Positions 9,943 to 20,828 of a DNA stretch of 64,000 bases are shown here, in pieces (position 1 is the first letter of the stretch; the number at the start of each line of letters is the position of its first letter). This DNA is from Myxococcota bacterium (GTDB taxonomy: Bacteria; Myxococcota_A; UBA796; CAJQPC01). The position numbers were made by a program, and so were the translations under genes. Location of the stretch: NCBI GenBank assembly GCA_036012755.1, contig DASCPX010000112.1, positions 1 to 64,000 of the forward strand. Reading direction: 5' to 3'. A model generated the notes under the pieces. It was not told the origin of the DNA. It saw only the letters and a program-made list of their open reading frames with translations, and did not search any database.

Positions 9943-11387
9943 GTGGTCTCCCGTCTCCAGAGGATCAGCGCCACGGCGGGCAGGGTGAAGGCGACCAGCA
10001 GCAGGGCCGAGGGTGCCATCTGCTCATAGTGGCTGTCCTTCGCGAAGCGCCAGATCTCAGAGGACAACGCTCGGGCGCCGAGGGGGCTCAACAGCAGCGT
10101 CGCCGGGAGCTCACGCAGCGCCGCGGTGAACACGAGGACCCAGCTGGCCAGCAGGGATCCCCGGAGCAGCGGCAAGGTCACGCGGAGCACGGCCCCGGGT
10201 GCGCTGGCGCCGAGCATGCGCGCGGCCTCTTCGAGGCGGCGAGGAGCCTGGGTGAGGCCCGCGCTCGTGGCCTGGAGCGCCTCTGGCAGGAAGCGCACCA
10301 GGTAGGCGAGCACGAGCACCACGACGGTGCCTTCGAGGCCGTGCCCGACCGCGCCGAGCCCGGCGAGCGCGATGAGCAGTCCCAGCGCGACGACCGGCCC
10401 CGGAAGGACGAAGCCGAGGGTCGCTCCCTGTCGCATCCAGGCGTGGAAGGGATCGCGCAGCCTCGAGGCACACCAGCCGAGGACCAGGGCCACCAAGACC
10501 GCCAGGGTGGCGGCGGAGGCCGCCCACAGCGCGGAGTTCGTCAGGGCCTCGAGGGCCTGGCCCCAGGCCCGGTGGTCCAGCGGGAGGTCCCGGGCGTGCC
10601 AGGCCGACCTGGCCACCACCAGGCCGGCGGTCGCTGAGAACACGGACAGCCCCAGGAACCAGGCCACCGCAGCCAGGGCCGGGGACCGGGCCGGCCGGCG
10701 GCGCGCGCCATCCTGCTCGTAGCGACCGGCCCCCCTCGCCTTGTGCTCGGCGAGGAAGACCGGAATCGCCAGCGCCAGCAGCACCATGGCCAACAGCGCG
10801 GCGCGGCTCCATGCCAGCGCCCGATCCTGACCCAGGTCGAGCTCGAAGTAGATGGCGCGGGTGAAGGTCCGGGCTCCCAGCGCCGAGACCGCGCCGAAGT
10901 CAGCGAAGGCGTAGAGCGCGACCAGGCAGAGGCCCGCGCCGATCGCCGGTCGCAGCGCCGGGATGACGACGCGGAGGGCCCGCCTGGCGGAGTCCAGGCC
11001 GAGGATCGCGGCGGCCTCCTCCATTCGCGGGTCGAGGCGCTCCATCGCCGGGCGTGTGACCAGGAGGACCAGCGGCGAGGTGCAGACGCCGAGCACGAGG
11101 CAGGCCACGGGGAGCTTGCCGTGCATCGGCGTGCCGACGAGGTCGAGCCAGGTCAGGGCGACGAGATAGGGCGGCACGGCCAGCGGCGAGGCGTACAGCG
11201 CCGTCAGGATCCATCGCCCGGGGGTCTGGACGCGAACCGAGAGCCAGGCACCAGCGAGCCCGAGCGCTCCAGCGACACAGGCGGAGCCCAGGGCCAACAG
11301 CAGGGTCGTGCCGACGAGATCCGCGATGCCCGTGGGCACCTCGCCGCCGGCGCCGAGCGCACGCACGACCACCGCCACGACCGGCAC
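9939..11387 (-). CDS. Fe(III) ABC transporter permease (FbpB-like); start uncertain
   Basis: Two EAA loops (MEEAAAILG, LEEAARMLG); RELPATLLL. Confidence 0.85.
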   Translation of the reverse strand: MPVVAVVVRALGAGGEVPTGIADLVGTTLLLALGSACVAGALGLAGAWLSVRVQTPGRWILTALYASPLAVPPYLVALTWLDLVGTPMHGKLPVACLVLGVCTSPLVLLVTRPAMERLDPRMEEAAAILGLDSARRALRVVIPALRPAIGAGLCLVALYAFADFGAVSALGARTFTRAIYFELDLGQDRALAWSRAALLAMVLLALAIPVFLAEHKARGAGRYEQDGARRRPARSPALAAVAWFLGLSVFSATAGLVVARSAWHARDLPLDHRAWGQALEALTNSALWAASAATLAVLVALVLGWCASRLRDPFHAWMRQGATLGFVLPGPVVALGLLIALAGLGAVGHGLEGTVVVLVLAYLVRFLPEALQATSAGLTQAPRRLEEAARMLGASAPGAVLRVTLPLLRGSLLASWVLVFTAALRELPATLLLSPLGARALSSEIWRFAKDSHYEQMAPSALLLVAFTLPAVALILWRRETT

Positions 11388-11436
11388 CGCGATCAGTGCC
11401 GTGACCGTGCCCGTGACGACGCGAGGGAGCCAGGGC

Positions 11437-12378
11437 CTACTCGAGACCGACCTCCTGGATGAGGCGCACCGCGGTCGGCTGGGCCTCTGACAGGGCAGTC
11501 AGGGAGGTGGTCGACCACGCGAAGTCGTCGGGTGGAGTGACCCCCGGTGGTGGTGGGGCGCCCTGGACCGCGGGGTACTCGTTGTTCGAGTGGGCATAGG
11601 CGGCCTGTCCTTGTTCGCTCAGCAGCACCTCGAGCACCTTTCGGGCGCCCTCCGGGTTCGGGGCCCCGGCCAGGACCGCGCCGCCGGTCACGTTCCACGC
11701 AACGGGTTCCGGGTAGACGATGCGCAGGTTCTCCGCGTCAGAGCGGTAGAAGTAGTAGTGGTTGACGAGGGCGACGTCGGCGGTGCCCGCCGCGACCGCT
11801 GCGACAGCGGGGGTGTGCTTGGGGTGCACGTTGTCCCGGCTGTTGTCCTCGAGGCCCTGGAGGAAGGCGCGGGTCTCGTCCTCGCCCTGCTCCGCCACCA
11901 GGGTCGCGACGCCGCCGACGAAGCTCTCGTTGGTCGCGACCGTTCGGGCGACGCGACCCTCGTACTTCGGATCCGCTAGATCCAGGACGGTGGTCGGGGC
12001 GTCGTCGACGCCCTCGCGCGTCACCAACACCCGGGCACGCACCGACAGCCCGACCCAGTCCTCCCCGCGGTAGCGCTCCGGGACGCGGCCGAGGAGCTCT
12101 TCGTCCATGGGTGCGGCGAGCCCCGCGGTCGAGAGGGACTCCATGGTGCCGCTGGACTTGCTCAAGAAGAGGTCTGCCTTCGGGTCGCCGCCCCAGGCGG
12201 TCACGCGGTCCAGGTAGTTGTTGTCCATGCCGAAGTCCGTGATGACCTCGAGATCCGGGTGGCGCTCGGCGACGAGGGCCAGGAGGGCCTCGGCGAACTG
12301 CTCGTCGCGGCCGCTGAGGATCGTGACTGGCGCACTCTCGGGACCAGGCGTCGAACATGCGAGTGAGAGCAGGAGCAT
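11437..12378 (-). CDS. Fe(III) ABC transporter substrate-binding lipoprotein (FbpA/FutA-like)
   Basis: WVGLSVRARV, ALVNHYY iron-binding tyrosines, NNEYP; lipobox LAC. Confidence 0.85.
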   Translation of the reverse strand: MLLLSLACSTPGPESAPVTILSGRDEQFAEALLALVAERHPDLEVITDFGMDNNYLDRVTAWGGDPKADLFLSKSSGTMESLSTAGLAAPMDEELLGRVPERYRGEDWVGLSVRARVLVTREGVDDAPTTVLDLADPKYEGRVARTVATNESFVGGVATLVAEQGEDETRAFLQGLEDNSRDNVHPKHTPAVAAVAAGTADVALVNHYYFYRSDAENLRIVYPEPVAWNVTGGAVLAGAPNPEGARKVLEVLLSEQGQAAYAHSNNEYPAVQGAPPPPGVTPPDDFAWSTTSLTALSEAQPTAVRLIQEVGLE

Positions 12379-12385
12379 CGGAACC

Positions 12386-13687
12386 TCAACCAGCCAGCAC
12401 GGGGAAGCCCTTGATCAGGGTCGTTGCACAGTCGACGTGTCCGGTCCGCTCCTGGTCCGAGGACAGCTCGACGACGCCGCTCAGGAACTCGCAGATGTTG
12501 CCGCGGAGGATGACCTCGGGCACGACACCCTTGGGCTTCCCGTGTTCGAGCAGAGTGGCCGGACCGTGCAGGTCGATGGCCCCTGTCGAGAGATCGATCT
12601 TTCCGTCGAGGTGGTCCAGGAAGACCGCGACCGGCACCTCTCCGAGCATCTGGGTGCGGCTCCGGTTGCCCTTGCGCACGACGAGGTTGGAAGGGACCAG
12701 CGTGTCCCCGACGACGTGCCCGGTCGGTCGGGCGTCGTGGCGCCGAGCGCTCTCAGGGTCGTGGTAGTAGCCCCCGAGCTTGCCCTCGCGAAGGATCGGC
12801 ACGGGCATCGGGGCGACGCCGCGGTCGTCGAATGCGCGGGTCCGAGGAGCGCCGTGGAGCGTGCCGTCGTCAGTGACGTGGACCCGGTGGCTGCCGATGG
12901 TCTGGACCTTGTCGACGAAGCTCTTGCCTGCCTCGACGAGGCGGATGCTGAAGGCCGGCGCCAGGGTGGACAGGACCCACGCCATCGCGCGAGGGGGGAG
13001 GATGGTCGCGACGTCGGCCCCCGGGAGCTGGACCTTCGGCGCGCGGAGCGCCGCGAGGCGCTTCTCCAGGTGGGTGCCGTAGGGGATGGTGCCCAGGTTG
13101 GCGAAGGCCCGACCGGTCTGCTGGCTCGTCAGGGTCGCCCCGTTCGGCCCGCGTACTGTCATGCTGAGGTCGTAGTTGGTCGAGCTGACGACAGCCATCG
13201 TGCCCCTGGTGCTGGCGAAGCCGCGCTCCATGCGCTGGTCCCGGTACCGGCACGCGGTCATCGTGCCCTCGGACAGCGTGTTGTCGTTGCTGTCCACGAC
13301 GAAGAAGCGGTCCTCGTCCGTGAGGTGGGGGTAGCGCGGATCGTCGAGACCGAGGCCGCGCAGGGTGATCGGGTAGTTGTCGGCGGGTCCGGCGAAGGGG
13401 GCCGACCTCGCCCTGTCTGCCCTGGCCGCTGCGCTTCGCAGGGCGCGGGCCAGCGCCTGGCCGGAGGAGACGGCGAAGGTGGCGCTTCCGCCGCCCTCGA
13501 CGAAGAGGCGGCCGCGGATGCTCAGGCTCTCGGTGCGCTCGACGCCGCCGCGGCGACCGCCGGAGTACTCGACGACGGCTTCGCTGACGCGCACATGAAG
13601 CACTTCGGCGGCGAGCGCGCCGGCAGACCGCGCCTCATCGAGGATGCGGGTGAGGAGTGGCCGGAGGGGGTCGCGGTTGTCGTCCAT
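12386..13687 (-). CDS. TldD/PmbA family protein (PmbA/TldE-like)
   Basis: TDDGTL..RAFDDRGV..ILREGKL; PTGH; PSNLVV; no HExxxH. Confidence 0.8.
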   Translation of the reverse strand: MDDNRDPLRPLLTRILDEARSAGALAAEVLHVRVSEAVVEYSGGRRGGVERTESLSIRGRLFVEGGGSATFAVSSGQALARALRSAAARADRARSAPFAGPADNYPITLRGLGLDDPRYPHLTDEDRFFVVDSNDNTLSEGTMTACRYRDQRMERGFASTRGTMAVVSSTNYDLSMTVRGPNGATLTSQQTGRAFANLGTIPYGTHLEKRLAALRAPKVQLPGADVATILPPRAMAWVLSTLAPAFSIRLVEAGKSFVDKVQTIGSHRVHVTDDGTLHGAPRTRAFDDRGVAPMPVPILREGKLGGYYHDPESARRHDARPTGHVVGDTLVPSNLVVRKGNRSRTQMLGEVPVAVFLDHLDGKIDLSTGAIDLHGPATLLEHGKPKGVVPEVILRGNICEFLSGVVELSSDQERTGHVDCATTLIKGFPVLAG

Positions 13688-13710
13688 CGGGTGCCTGCTA
13701 TGAAAGGTGC

Positions 13711-14553
13711 GTGCTGCTGCTCTTGATATCGCTGAGTGCCTGCGCGGGCGATGCCCCCGGTGCGAGCACCAGCGGCTCGGGGCGTTTGGTCGCCGTCGGT
13801 GATCTCCACGGCGATCTCGATGCTTCCCTGGCGGTCCTCCAACTCGCTGGCCTGGTCGATGAGTCTGGGGCCTGGAGCGGGGACAACGCCACCCTGGTCC
13901 AGACTGGCGACACGACCGACCGGGGCCCGGACAGCAAGGGCGTGTTGGAGCTCATGAAGCGCCTCCAGAAGGAGGCCCCAGGGGACGGAGGGCGCGTCGT
14001 GCCGCTGCTGGGAAACCACGAGGTCATGAACCTCACGGGCGACTGGCGCTACGTCAGCGAGGACGACCTGGCCGGTTTTGGTGGCGCCGAAGCGCGCAAG
14101 GCTGCCTTCGGCGCTGACGCGGAGCTCGGCGGTTGGATGCGAGGCCTCGACATCGTCGCCGTGGTGGAGCGCGTCGCTTTCGCTCACGGTGGCGTCACGC
14201 CCGAGTACGCCAAGCTGGGAGTCGACGCGATCAATGGGCTCTTGGCGACCCCCGAAGTCCTTGGGAACAGCTCGCCGATCTGGTTCCGCGGCTACCTCCA
14301 GGGCCCGGAGCCGACGGCCTGCAAGACGCTGGAGCTGGCCCTGGTCGAGCTCGCCGCCGAGCGCATGGTCGTCGGCCACACCACGCAGGACTCCGGGGAG
14401 ATCGCCAGCCGCTGCAACGGAAAGCTCCTTGGCATCGACACCGGGATCTCGGCTCACTACGGGCGCAATCTGGCGGCCGTGGAGATCGTCGAGGGCGACG
14501 CAAAGGCCCTCTACCCATCGGGGACGGTCGATTTGCCGGACCCACGGCGTTAG
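13711..14553 (+). CDS. Calcineurin-like metallophosphoesterase lipoprotein (Shewanella-like phosphatase type)
   Basis: GDLHG, GDTTDRG, GNHE, HGG, VGHT and IDTG motifs. Confidence 0.9.
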   Translation: MLLLLISLSACAGDAPGASTSGSGRLVAVGDLHGDLDASLAVLQLAGLVDESGAWSGDNATLVQTGDTTDRGPDSKGVLELMKRLQKEAPGDGGRVVPLLGNHEVMNLTGDWRYVSEDDLAGFGGAEARKAAFGADAELGGWMRGLDIVAVVERVAFAHGGVTPEYAKLGVDAINGLLATPEVLGNSSPIWFRGYLQGPEPTACKTLELALVELAAERMVVGHTTQDSGEIASRCNGKLLGIDTGISAHYGRNLAAVEIVEGDAKALYPSGTVDLPDPRR

Positions 14554-14576
14554 GCTCCAGGCCCCGCGAGGGCTCC

Positions 14577-17500
14577 ATGAATCGCCAGCCAGAAGACGTC
14601 TCTTCCCGCGTCTCGAAGGTGATGCGCGCCGCCAAGGACGCGGCCCTGACCCTTCCTGAGGCACAACGCTCGCACTTCCGTCGCTTCTGCCGCGCCGTCG
14701 CACGGCAGCTGCGGTCGCCCTACGTCGCGCGCCACGGGGTGAAGAACATCCCGCGTGAGCTGTTGGCGCTCTTCGCGACGTTTCAGGCCTGCCCCGAGGG
14801 GATGATCCAGGTGACGCTCGAGGCGGGAGACGACGGCATCACGCTGCTGCGCTCCAACATGCGCGATCAGTCCTTCATCGTGGACACGGTCCGGCTCCTG
14901 CTGGACCAGGTCGGTGCCTCCCTCCTCGGCGGCTTCAACGCGGTCGTCCTGGTCCAGCGGGACGCCGAGGGGTCGGTGCTCTCCTTGGACGGGGACGAGG
15001 GTCACCGCGAGTCGGTCGTCCAGTTCGAGATCGGCAACCTCCCCCCCGACACGCACGAGGACTTCGCTCGCCGCCTCGACGACAACCTGCGGTTGGCCCA
15101 CGCGATGGTCGCGGACTTCGGCCGGATGACGGGTTCGGTGGACGGCATCGCGGCTCTGTTCGGACGGACCGCGACCCGAGACATGGCCCGGGGAGAGGCC
15201 TACCGCGAGGGGGCCGAGTTCCTTCGCTGGTTGCTCGCGGACAACTTCGTCTTCATGGGCATGGTCGACGGTGACATTCGCCTCGGCATCGAGCGCGATG
15301 GCCTGGACGCCTGGACGCCCGTCGAGCGCCAGAGGCGCGTCGACTTCAACGGGGTCCCCGTCAACGTCCGCAAGGGCGCGGCCGAGTCCACGGTCCACCG
15401 GGCGGGGAGGGTCGACGAGATCCGCATCGAGGTGCCCGACGAAGCGGGCAGGCCCGATCGGATCGTGCTCCTGCTGGGCATGTTCACCTTCCGCGCCGTG
15501 ACCCAGGACAGCCGGAGCGTTCCGATCCTCCGCGGCGTCCTCGCCAGGATCCTGCGCGAGGACAACAGCCTGCCGGGTTCCTGGCGCTACAAGGGCGTCG
15601 CCAACGTCTTCGACAGCCTGCCGACCGAGTACCTCTTCACGGCTGACCACGACGAGACCCGCCTGATGATCGACCGCGTCCTCGACGCGGAGGCCGAGCG
15701 CGACGTGCGGGTCCTGCTCGTGCAGAAGTCGGACACCAACGTGACCTTCGTGCTCGGCGCCATGCCACGCGCGCAGTACGACGACGGCCTCCGCCGGCGG
15801 ATGGAGGGCCTGCTGATCTCCTCGACCGGGGCGACCTACCTCGACCACGGGGTGCTCGTCGGCCGCTTCGAGACGGTGCTGGTCCACTTCTACCTGACCG
15901 GCGCGCGCGAGCTCGCGCTAGAGGAACAGGACAACATCCGCGAGCGTCTCCGTGACATGGCGACGCCCTGGGACCAGCGTGTCTTCGACGCCCTGATCGC
16001 CACCCACGGCGAGGAGGAGGGCGACCGGCTCTTTGCCAGCTACGGCGGGGCCTTCGAGGATCGCTACGTTCGCCACGCGACCGCGCTGCGTGTGGTCAGG
16101 GACGTGGAGCACCTGGAGCTGCTCGAAGACGTGCGCCCGGTCGCCGCGACGCTCTTCGAGGACCGCAAGGGGCGCCTGTCCCTCAGGCTGTACCAGCGCA
16201 CCGACATCATCCTGAGCAAGTCACTTCCGGTCCTGACCAACTTCGGGCTGGTCGTGAGCGACCAGTACGCCGACACCGCCCACCCGCTGGGCGCCGGCGA
16301 GGTCGTGATGGACACCTTCCGGCTGAAGGGTGCATGGGGCCTGCTGCCCGCGGACATCATCGAGCGCGGCGGGCTGCTCACAGAGGCCGTCGAGGCCATC
16401 TTCACCGGCTCCGCAGAGGACGACGAGCTCAACCGTCTCGTGCTTCGAGCTGCGCTGCCCTGGCGGGACGTCGATCTGCTCCGCGCCTATCGCGGCCACC
16501 TCTTCCAGCTCGGCTTGTCACGCGCCCGGGTCACGGCGGTCTTCAGTCGGCACCCGGCCATCTGCGCCGCGCTGGTGCGCTACTTCCGCGCTCGCTTCGA
16601 TCCGAACCTCTCTGATGCCGCTCGCAAGAAGGCCGTCTCCAAGGCCGTCAACGCTGTCGACGATGGGCTCCGCAAGGTCTACGACGGCGCCCACGACTAC
16701 GTGCTGCGGTGTACCTACGACCTGATGCGCGGCACCGTTCGCACCAACTTCTTCCGGCCCGATCGCAAGCGTTGGTACATCAGCTTCAAGGTCGATCACG
16801 AGCTCGTCGACTTCATGCCCGAGGTGGGCCTGAAGTACGAGATCTACGTCCATCACCCGGAGATGGAGGGCATCCACTTCCGCGGCGGCAAGGTCGCCCG
16901 CGGTGGGCTGAGGTGGTCGGACCGCATCGACTATCGCACCGAGATCCTCGGGCTCGTCACGACCCAGATGGTCAAGAACGTGCTCATCGTCCCAGAGGGC
17001 GCCAAGGGCGGCTTCCGCCTCAAGGAGATCATCGAGGACCGCGGTCTTCGCCGCCGCCGCGCCGACGATCTCTACAAGTGGTTCATCCGGGCCCTGCTGG
17101 ACCTGACCGACAACCTCGTCGCCGGCGAGGTCGTCAACCCGCCTGGCGTGGTCATGTACGACGGCGCCGACGATCCCTACCTCGTCGTAGCCGCCGACAA
17201 GGGCACGGCGCACTTGAGCGACACCGCCAACGGCGTGGCTGTCGATGAGTACGGCCACTGGCTCGGCGACGCCTTCGCGAGCGGTGGCAGCCACGGCTAC
17301 GACCACAAGAAGGTGGGCATCACGGCGCGGGGTGCTTGGGAGTGCGTGAAGCGCCACTTCGCCGAGCTCGGGCTCGACCCCTCGACGGACGAGTTCACGG
17401 CCATCGGCATCGGCGACACCGGCGGCGATGTCTTCGGCAACGGGGTCGTCGAGTTCCCGAAGATGCGCCTGGTCGCGGCCTTCAACCACCTCCACGTCTT

Positions 17501-19256
17501 CCTAGATCCGGAGCCGGACACCGAGACCGCGTTCAGGGAGCGGCGGCGGCTCTTCCGAGCGGCGCGGGGTTGGGGCGACTACGACCAGACGAAGCTCGGC
17601 CCGGGCGGAGGCATCTTCGGCCGTCGCGCCAAGAGCATCCTGCTGTCTCCGCAGGCCAAGCAGATGCTCGGCGCGCTCAAGGACGAGCTCTCGCCGGACG
17701 CGGTCATCCGCCTGATCCTGCGCATGAACGTCGACCTGTTGTGGTCTGGCGGCATCGGCACCTACGTGAAGGCATCGGCCGAGACCCACCAGGACGCTGG
17801 CGACCCCGCGAACGACAGCGTGCGTGTCAACGCCGACGAGCTGCGCTGCCGGGTGGTGGGGGAGGGGGCGAACCTGTCCTTCACGGCCAGGGCGCGCTTC
17901 GAGTTCGACCTCGCTGGCGGGCGGCTCAACACCGACTTCGTCGACAACTCCGGCGGCGTCGACATGAGCGATCACGAGGTCAACCTCAAGATCCTGCTGG
18001 GCAGCCCTCTCGCGGCCGGGGACATCGACGAGGGTGAGCGCAACCGCCTCATCGCAGAGCTCACCAAGAGCGTCGCGAAGGACGTGCTCGCCAACAACGA
18101 CACCCAGGCGCGGCAGCTGTCGATCGATGCGATCCGCAGCCACCGGGACCCCTTCCGCTTTGCTCGCGCGATTCGCTGGATCGAGGAGATGGGCAGCCCC
18201 GACGCCGACGACCTCTCGCTCCCGGACAACACCGAGCTGCGTCGCCGGCAGACCCAGCGGCGGGGGCTCACAAGGCCCGACCTCGCGGTCCTGTCCTCTC
18301 ACGTGAAGATGCACGTCTACAGGCAGCTCAAGGTCGCTGACCCCGCGGCGATCGTGTGCTTCGACCGGCTGCTGTCGGGCTACTTCCCCAAGCGCATCAG
18401 GGAGATGTACCCAGAGGCCATCCGCTCCCACATGCTGGCCCGCGAGATCGGCATGACGGTGGCGCTCACCCAGGCTGTGGCGGACTGCGGCGCGACCTTC
18501 TTCCCCGTGCTGCTGGACCTCACCGGCCGCCACCCGGTAGAGATCCTCGGAGCCTACTTCCAGGTGCGCGAGAGCTTCAACATCGACCAGCTGCGCCGGC
18601 AGATCAACGCCGCAGGCAGCGACCTCGGCGGCCGCTATCGCGCATGGATCCGTGTCAGCGGCGGCATCCTCGGCCTCTGCGCGACCTGGCTCGCGCCGGG
18701 CCGTGGCATCCCTGACGCCGACGGCATCGATCGCATCCGGGCCATCCTCGCTCGCCTCCCCCGCCTCCGTGGCCGCGACGAGCAGGCCCGGGTGGGAGGG
18801 CTGGCGAAGGTCCTCGTCCAGCGGGGGCTGCCCAAGGCTGTCGCGGAGCGCTGCGTGAACGCGACGGACCTCACGCTCGCGTCCGAGATCGCGGCCATGC
18901 AGGTGGAGACCGGGGACTCCGAGCGCGATGCGATCGTGCGCTACCAGGCCATCGGCCAGGCCAGTGGACTCCTGTCCGCGATCCGAGCGATCGAGGACCG
19001 CTCTGCGTCCGGGCGCTGGGACTCGGTCGCGATCGGCATCCTCCGCACGCGCTACCTCGCGCTGTTGACCGATCTCGTGCGCAAGACCGAGCTCGGGAAC
19101 GAGCTGCGGCTGTCCAGCGACCGGCTGAGCCACAAGCTCAGCTGGGGTCCGCTCCAGGAGGTCTCCGGCGTGATGAGCAGCATCCTCAAGGACGAGCCTG
19201 ACGTCGGCGCCTACCTCGTCGCCGAGGAGCGCCTGCGAGGCCTGCTCACGACGTGA
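14577..19256 (+). CDS. gdhB: Large NAD-specific glutamate dehydrogenase
   Basis: ARGGLRWSDR, QMVKN..IVPEGAKGGF, DPYLVVAADKGTA, GYDHKKVGITARGAWE, GEGANL, DNSGGVD; about 1560 aa. Confidence 0.95.
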   Translation: MNRQPEDVSSRVSKVMRAAKDAALTLPEAQRSHFRRFCRAVARQLRSPYVARHGVKNIPRELLALFATFQACPEGMIQVTLEAGDDGITLLRSNMRDQSFIVDTVRLLLDQVGASLLGGFNAVVLVQRDAEGSVLSLDGDEGHRESVVQFEIGNLPPDTHEDFARRLDDNLRLAHAMVADFGRMTGSVDGIAALFGRTATRDMARGEAYREGAEFLRWLLADNFVFMGMVDGDIRLGIERDGLDAWTPVERQRRVDFNGVPVNVRKGAAESTVHRAGRVDEIRIEVPDEAGRPDRIVLLLGMFTFRAVTQDSRSVPILRGVLARILREDNSLPGSWRYKGVANVFDSLPTEYLFTADHDETRLMIDRVLDAEAERDVRVLLVQKSDTNVTFVLGAMPRAQYDDGLRRRMEGLLISSTGATYLDHGVLVGRFETVLVHFYLTGARELALEEQDNIRERLRDMATPWDQRVFDALIATHGEEEGDRLFASYGGAFEDRYVRHATALRVVRDVEHLELLEDVRPVAATLFEDRKGRLSLRLYQRTDIILSKSLPVLTNFGLVVSDQYADTAHPLGAGEVVMDTFRLKGAWGLLPADIIERGGLLTEAVEAIFTGSAEDDELNRLVLRAALPWRDVDLLRAYRGHLFQLGLSRARVTAVFSRHPAICAALVRYFRARFDPNLSDAARKKAVSKAVNAVDDGLRKVYDGAHDYVLRCTYDLMRGTVRTNFFRPDRKRWYISFKVDHELVDFMPEVGLKYEIYVHHPEMEGIHFRGGKVARGGLRWSDRIDYRTEILGLVTTQMVKNVLIVPEGAKGGFRLKEIIEDRGLRRRRADDLYKWFIRALLDLTDNLVAGEVVNPPGVVMYDGADDPYLVVAADKGTAHLSDTANGVAVDEYGHWLGDAFASGGSHGYDHKKVGITARGAWECVKRHFAELGLDPSTDEFTAIGIGDTGGDVFGNGVVEFPKMRLVAAFNHLHVFLDPEPDTETAFRERRRLFRAARGWGDYDQTKLGPGGGIFGRRAKSILLSPQAKQMLGALKDELSPDAVIRLILRMNVDLLWSGGIGTYVKASAETHQDAGDPANDSVRVNADELRCRVVGEGANLSFTARARFEFDLAGGRLNTDFVDNSGGVDMSDHEVNLKILLGSPLAAGDIDEGERNRLIAELTKSVAKDVLANNDTQARQLSIDAIRSHRDPFRFARAIRWIEEMGSPDADDLSLPDNTELRRRQTQRRGLTRPDLAVLSSHVKMHVYRQLKVADPAAIVCFDRLLSGYFPKRIREMYPEAIRSHMLAREIGMTVALTQAVADCGATFFPVLLDLTGRHPVEILGAYFQVRESFNIDQLRRQINAAGSDLGGRYRAWIRVSGGILGLCATWLAPGRGIPDADGIDRIRAILARLPRLRGRDEQARVGGLAKVLVQRGLPKAVAERCVNATDLTLASEIAAMQVETGDSERDAIVRYQAIGQASGLLSAIRAIEDRSASGRWDSVAIGILRTRYLALLTDLVRKTELGNELRLSSDRLSHKLSWGPLQEVSGVMSSILKDEPDVGAYLVAEERLRGLLTT

Positions 19257-19807
19257 GCCGCTGGGTCTTCGTTCGCCACGGCCAGTCGGTGGCCAACTCC
19301 GAAGGCTGGCTCTCGGGCCATGTCGACACGCCGCTGACCGAGAGGGGCTGGGACCAGGCGCGAGCCCTCGGAGAGCAGCTCGCTGGCGAGGACTTCGCCC
19401 GTGGCTACTGCAGCGACCTGGTACGGGCACGGCAGACTGCGGAGGGGATCGGCGTCCCGGTCGAGCACACCCCGAAGCTGCGGGAGCGGTTCCTCGGTGC
19501 GTGGTCGAGGCGTGACAGGGCCACCCTGCGGGCCTCTGGGGAGATGAGGCAGCTGTTGAGCTGGGATGGACGCCCCGGTGGCGGCGAGTCCCTCTCGGAC
19601 CTTGCGGCCCGGGCGATGCCCTGGCTTGCCTCCCTGGAGCCCGTCGGCGGCGCCACCCTAATCGTCAGCCACGGGGGGCTGATTCGCGTCGTGCTCGGGC
19701 TGCTCGACGGGTTGCCTCGCGAGCAGATCGGTCGCGGCCGGATCCACAACTGCGTCCCGCAGGTCCGCGAGGTGGTACAGGCCCATTTCCAGGAGCTCTG
19801 CCCATGA
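19253..19807 (+). CDS. Histidine phosphatase (phosphoglycerate mutase family)
   Basis: RHGQS, SDLVRARQTA, SHGG. Confidence 0.9.
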   Translation: MSRWVFVRHGQSVANSEGWLSGHVDTPLTERGWDQARALGEQLAGEDFARGYCSDLVRARQTAEGIGVPVEHTPKLRERFLGAWSRRDRATLRASGEMRQLLSWDGRPGGGESLSDLAARAMPWLASLEPVGGATLIVSHGGLIRVVLGLLDGLPREQIGRGRIHNCVPQVREVVQAHFQELCP

Positions 19808-20262
19808 CCCCAGCGGACACCGCGTGCACGATGACCCAGATCGTGCTGCCGACCCACACCAACAACCACGGCACGGCCTTCGGCGGCCAGCTCGCGGCCT
19901 GGATCGATATCTGTGGCGGCGTCAGCGCCCAGCGCTGCGCGCGAACGCCCTGTGTGACCGCCTCCTTCGACCAGCTCCACTTCGTCGCCCCCGTCCGGCG
20001 TGGAATGGTCGTCGTGCTCAACAGCCAGGTCAATCGCACCTGGAGGACATCCATGGAGATCGGGGTGCGGGTGGAGGCAGAGGACCCCGAGACGGGCCAG
20101 CGCAGCCACTGCTGCACGGCGTACCTGACGTTCGTGTCCATCGACGCCGACGGCGACCCCAGGCCCGTGCCCAAGCTGGATCTGCGCGATCCAGAGGACG
20201 CCAGGCGTGCCGATGACGCCGAGGCGAGGCGTTCGGTCCGACTCCGGCAGCGGAAGGGCTGA
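19804..20262 (+). CDS. Hotdog-fold acyl-CoA thioesterase
   Basis: NNHGTAFGG..WID; TSMEIGV; AYLTFV. Confidence 0.9.
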   Translation: MTPADTACTMTQIVLPTHTNNHGTAFGGQLAAWIDICGGVSAQRCARTPCVTASFDQLHFVAPVRRGMVVVLNSQVNRTWRTSMEIGVRVEAEDPETGQRSHCCTAYLTFVSIDADGDPRPVPKLDLRDPEDARRADDAEARRSVRLRQRKG

Positions 20263-20828
20263 TGGTCATCGTCCTCGCGAGCGGGTCGCCGCGGCGACGC
20301 GTGCTGCTGCAACAGCTCGGCTACCGGCTCGAGGTGCTCCCGAGCGCCATCGACGAGACACCGGCAGGGGACGAGGACCCGGTGGATTACGCGCGTCGGA
20401 TGGCGGAGGAGAAAGGCGCCGCCTGCCCGATCGAGGACCGCGTCGTCGTCGCTGCCGACACCGTGGTGCACCAGGACGGCCGCATCTTCGGCAAGCCCGC
20501 CGACGCGGAGGAGGCCATCGAGATGCTGCTGTCGCTGGGTCAGCACACGGTGACCACGGGGACCTGCGTCCGCCTCGGGGAACAGCGGCGGATTCGAACC
20601 ACGTCGACCCGCGTGCGCTTCCGGGAGCTCACCCGGGACGAGGTCCGCGGCTACGTCGCCACCGGCGAGCCGATGGACAAGGCGGGCGGATACGGCATTC
20701 AGGGCGTCGGCGGCTTCCTCGTCCGCTCGATAGAGGGTTCCCACTCCAACGTCATCGGGCTCCCGCTGGCAGAGGTCCTGCAGGATCTCGTCCACTTCGG
20801 AGCCCCCGCACCCTTTGGACAGAGATGA
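20262..20828 (+). CDS. maf: Maf family nucleoside triphosphate pyrophosphatase
   Basis: LASGSPRR, AADTVV, DKAGGYGIQG, NVIGLP. Confidence 0.93.
   Translation: MVIVLASGSPRRRVLLQQLGYRLEVLPSAIDETPAGDEDPVDYARRMAEEKGAACPIEDRVVVAADTVVHQDGRIFGKPADAEEAIEMLLSLGQHTVTTGTCVRLGEQRRIRTTSTRVRFRELTRDEVRGYVATGEPMDKAGGYGIQGVGGFLVRSIEGSHSNVIGLPLAEVLQDLVHFGAPAPFGQR

Noticed and set aside
14550..19430. Long antisense ORFs opposite gdhB and throughout the window
   Set aside because: Expected by-product of high GC3 codon bias
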